NCBI GenBank assembly: GCA_012295275.1
Contig: CM022676.1
Location: 7,068,001-7,132,000 of the forward strand
DNA: 64,000 nucleotides
Source of the DNA: Chrysomallon squamiferum
Lineage: Eukaryota; Animalia; Mollusca
Reading direction: 5' to 3'
The translations under genes were made by a program, and so were the position numbers. The first letter of the stretch is position 1. The number at the start of each line of letters is the position of its first letter. Below are positions 62,812-64,000 of the stretch, one piece after another. The notes under the pieces were generated by a model. It saw only the letters and a program-made list of their open reading frames with translations, did not search any database and was not told where the DNA came from.

Positions 62812-63150
62812 TTAATACAAGGACGTTCATACTTGACTTAATACTGTATTTAGAAATACACCAACATGCACTCCACATACAAGCATGACACAAACATAAG
62901 AAATTCCTAAACAGATTTTAGTACCAACCACTTAAAAAAACAACAGCTTCTAAACCAAACCTTTTTCACATTGCAGCAATTTTCTGTGTTATTTCCAGAA
63001 ACATGGATGCTGGTAGTCATCACATTAAAAGACCTGTGACAAGTATTGATAAACTAAACAGCATAATGTTTTCTTTACACCTATTTTTGTTTCCTTTTAT
63101 GAAATTTTATGGAATTAAAAGTTCCACATTGTGTATGGTGCTTGTTTTAG

Positions 63151-63194
<44 letters not shown>

Positions 63195-63664
63195 GACTTT
63201 GTGAGATTGTAATCAAACACATGCACATGATGCCAAGACACTTTTATACACATACTTGTATATGTGCTTGTATGTATATATATATAGTGTGTATTGTGAT
63301 TATTAAATGGATGGTATATGTGTAATATTGTGTATGTGTGTGTATTATACATACATAAACATAACAAACATATGCAAACACACCTTTATATATATATATA
63401 TATACATGTCCATTAACACATTCATGTAGATCATACATCTTTCAACTATCTGCACATTTACTATCACTGTTGTAACACAGACACACAATATGTATATATA
63501 TATCCATACACCATACAAACACACATACACATACATAAATGTGTTTCTAACATCTACTATCTTGTCACTGTCTACATATGTACGTCAGCTATGGGTTAAT
63601 ATACATACACCTATATAACATGCACACATAAACACACACACACATACAAACATACTCCCACAAA

Positions 63665-63751
63665 CACGTTTTTAATTACTGCTATCAGTTCATCTTCCTA
63701 CCATTGTCTACACATGTAGTAGTACTATGATTTAATACACATACACAAACA

Positions 63752-63814
<63 letters not shown>

Positions 63815-63880
63815 TCAAACACATGTTCTTAATTACTCCTATCAGTTCATCTTCCTACCACTGTGTACACATGTAGTATC
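63665..63880. repeat. Dispersed unit of about 50 bp attached to (CA)n (two copies here, a third at about 60838-60885)
   Basis: ttaattact(c/g)ctatcagttcatcttcc(t)a...tgt.ta.acatgta follows a CA-rich tract in all three copies. Confidence 0.75.
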
Positions 63881-64000
63881 ACTGCTGTTGTATCGGTGTA
63901 AAATCTGTCTGTTGGCACTGTGCTGTGGTTCCATGAAACCTGAGTTTGCAAGTCTCTTGCTAGTTGAATAGCAGGAATCTGTCACAATTCTTTAATTGTA

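Noticed and set aside
56035-63536. Numerous VCVC/HTHT/YIYI ORFs, and poly-Ile/LFIY ORFs elsewhere in the window
   Set aside because: Translations of (CA)n, (TA)n, (TTA)n and (TTTA)n microsatellites.

Overview
Eukaryotic, very AT-rich, microsatellite-dense animal genomic DNA. The protein sequences and repeat style look lophotrochozoan/mollusc-like, but that is an inference. I assembled six complete multi-exon genes by hand, each with GT-AG junctions and consistent reading-frame phase. They are DCAF8 (-, about 703 aa), hormone-sensitive lipase LIPE (+, about 1119 aa, head-to-head with DCAF8), SMG9 (-, 468 aa), OAF/out-at-first (-, 265 aa), an unnamed 257-aa PPxY-rich protein with a beta-trefoil-like domain (+), and UBA52 (-, 128 aa). 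A seventh gene (+) appears to begin at about 54.0 kb with a signal-peptide-like first exon and a long repeat-rich intron running off the window. Almost all other ORFs in the supplied track are microsatellite or tandem-repeat artefacts. Best leads: (1) DCAF8 has two paralogous last exons, and only one ends in a CaaX-type motif. (2) The orphan gene combines PPxY motifs, an amphipathic helix and a signal-less FGF/fascin-like beta-trefoil. (3) LIPE carries a roughly 540-aa insert with LIR-like and 14-3-3-like motifs, and its DNA is packed with AGGTCA nuclear-receptor half-sites. (4) A long intronic inverted repeat has a perfect 94-bp core. (5) Some tandem repeats appear seeded from exon ends.
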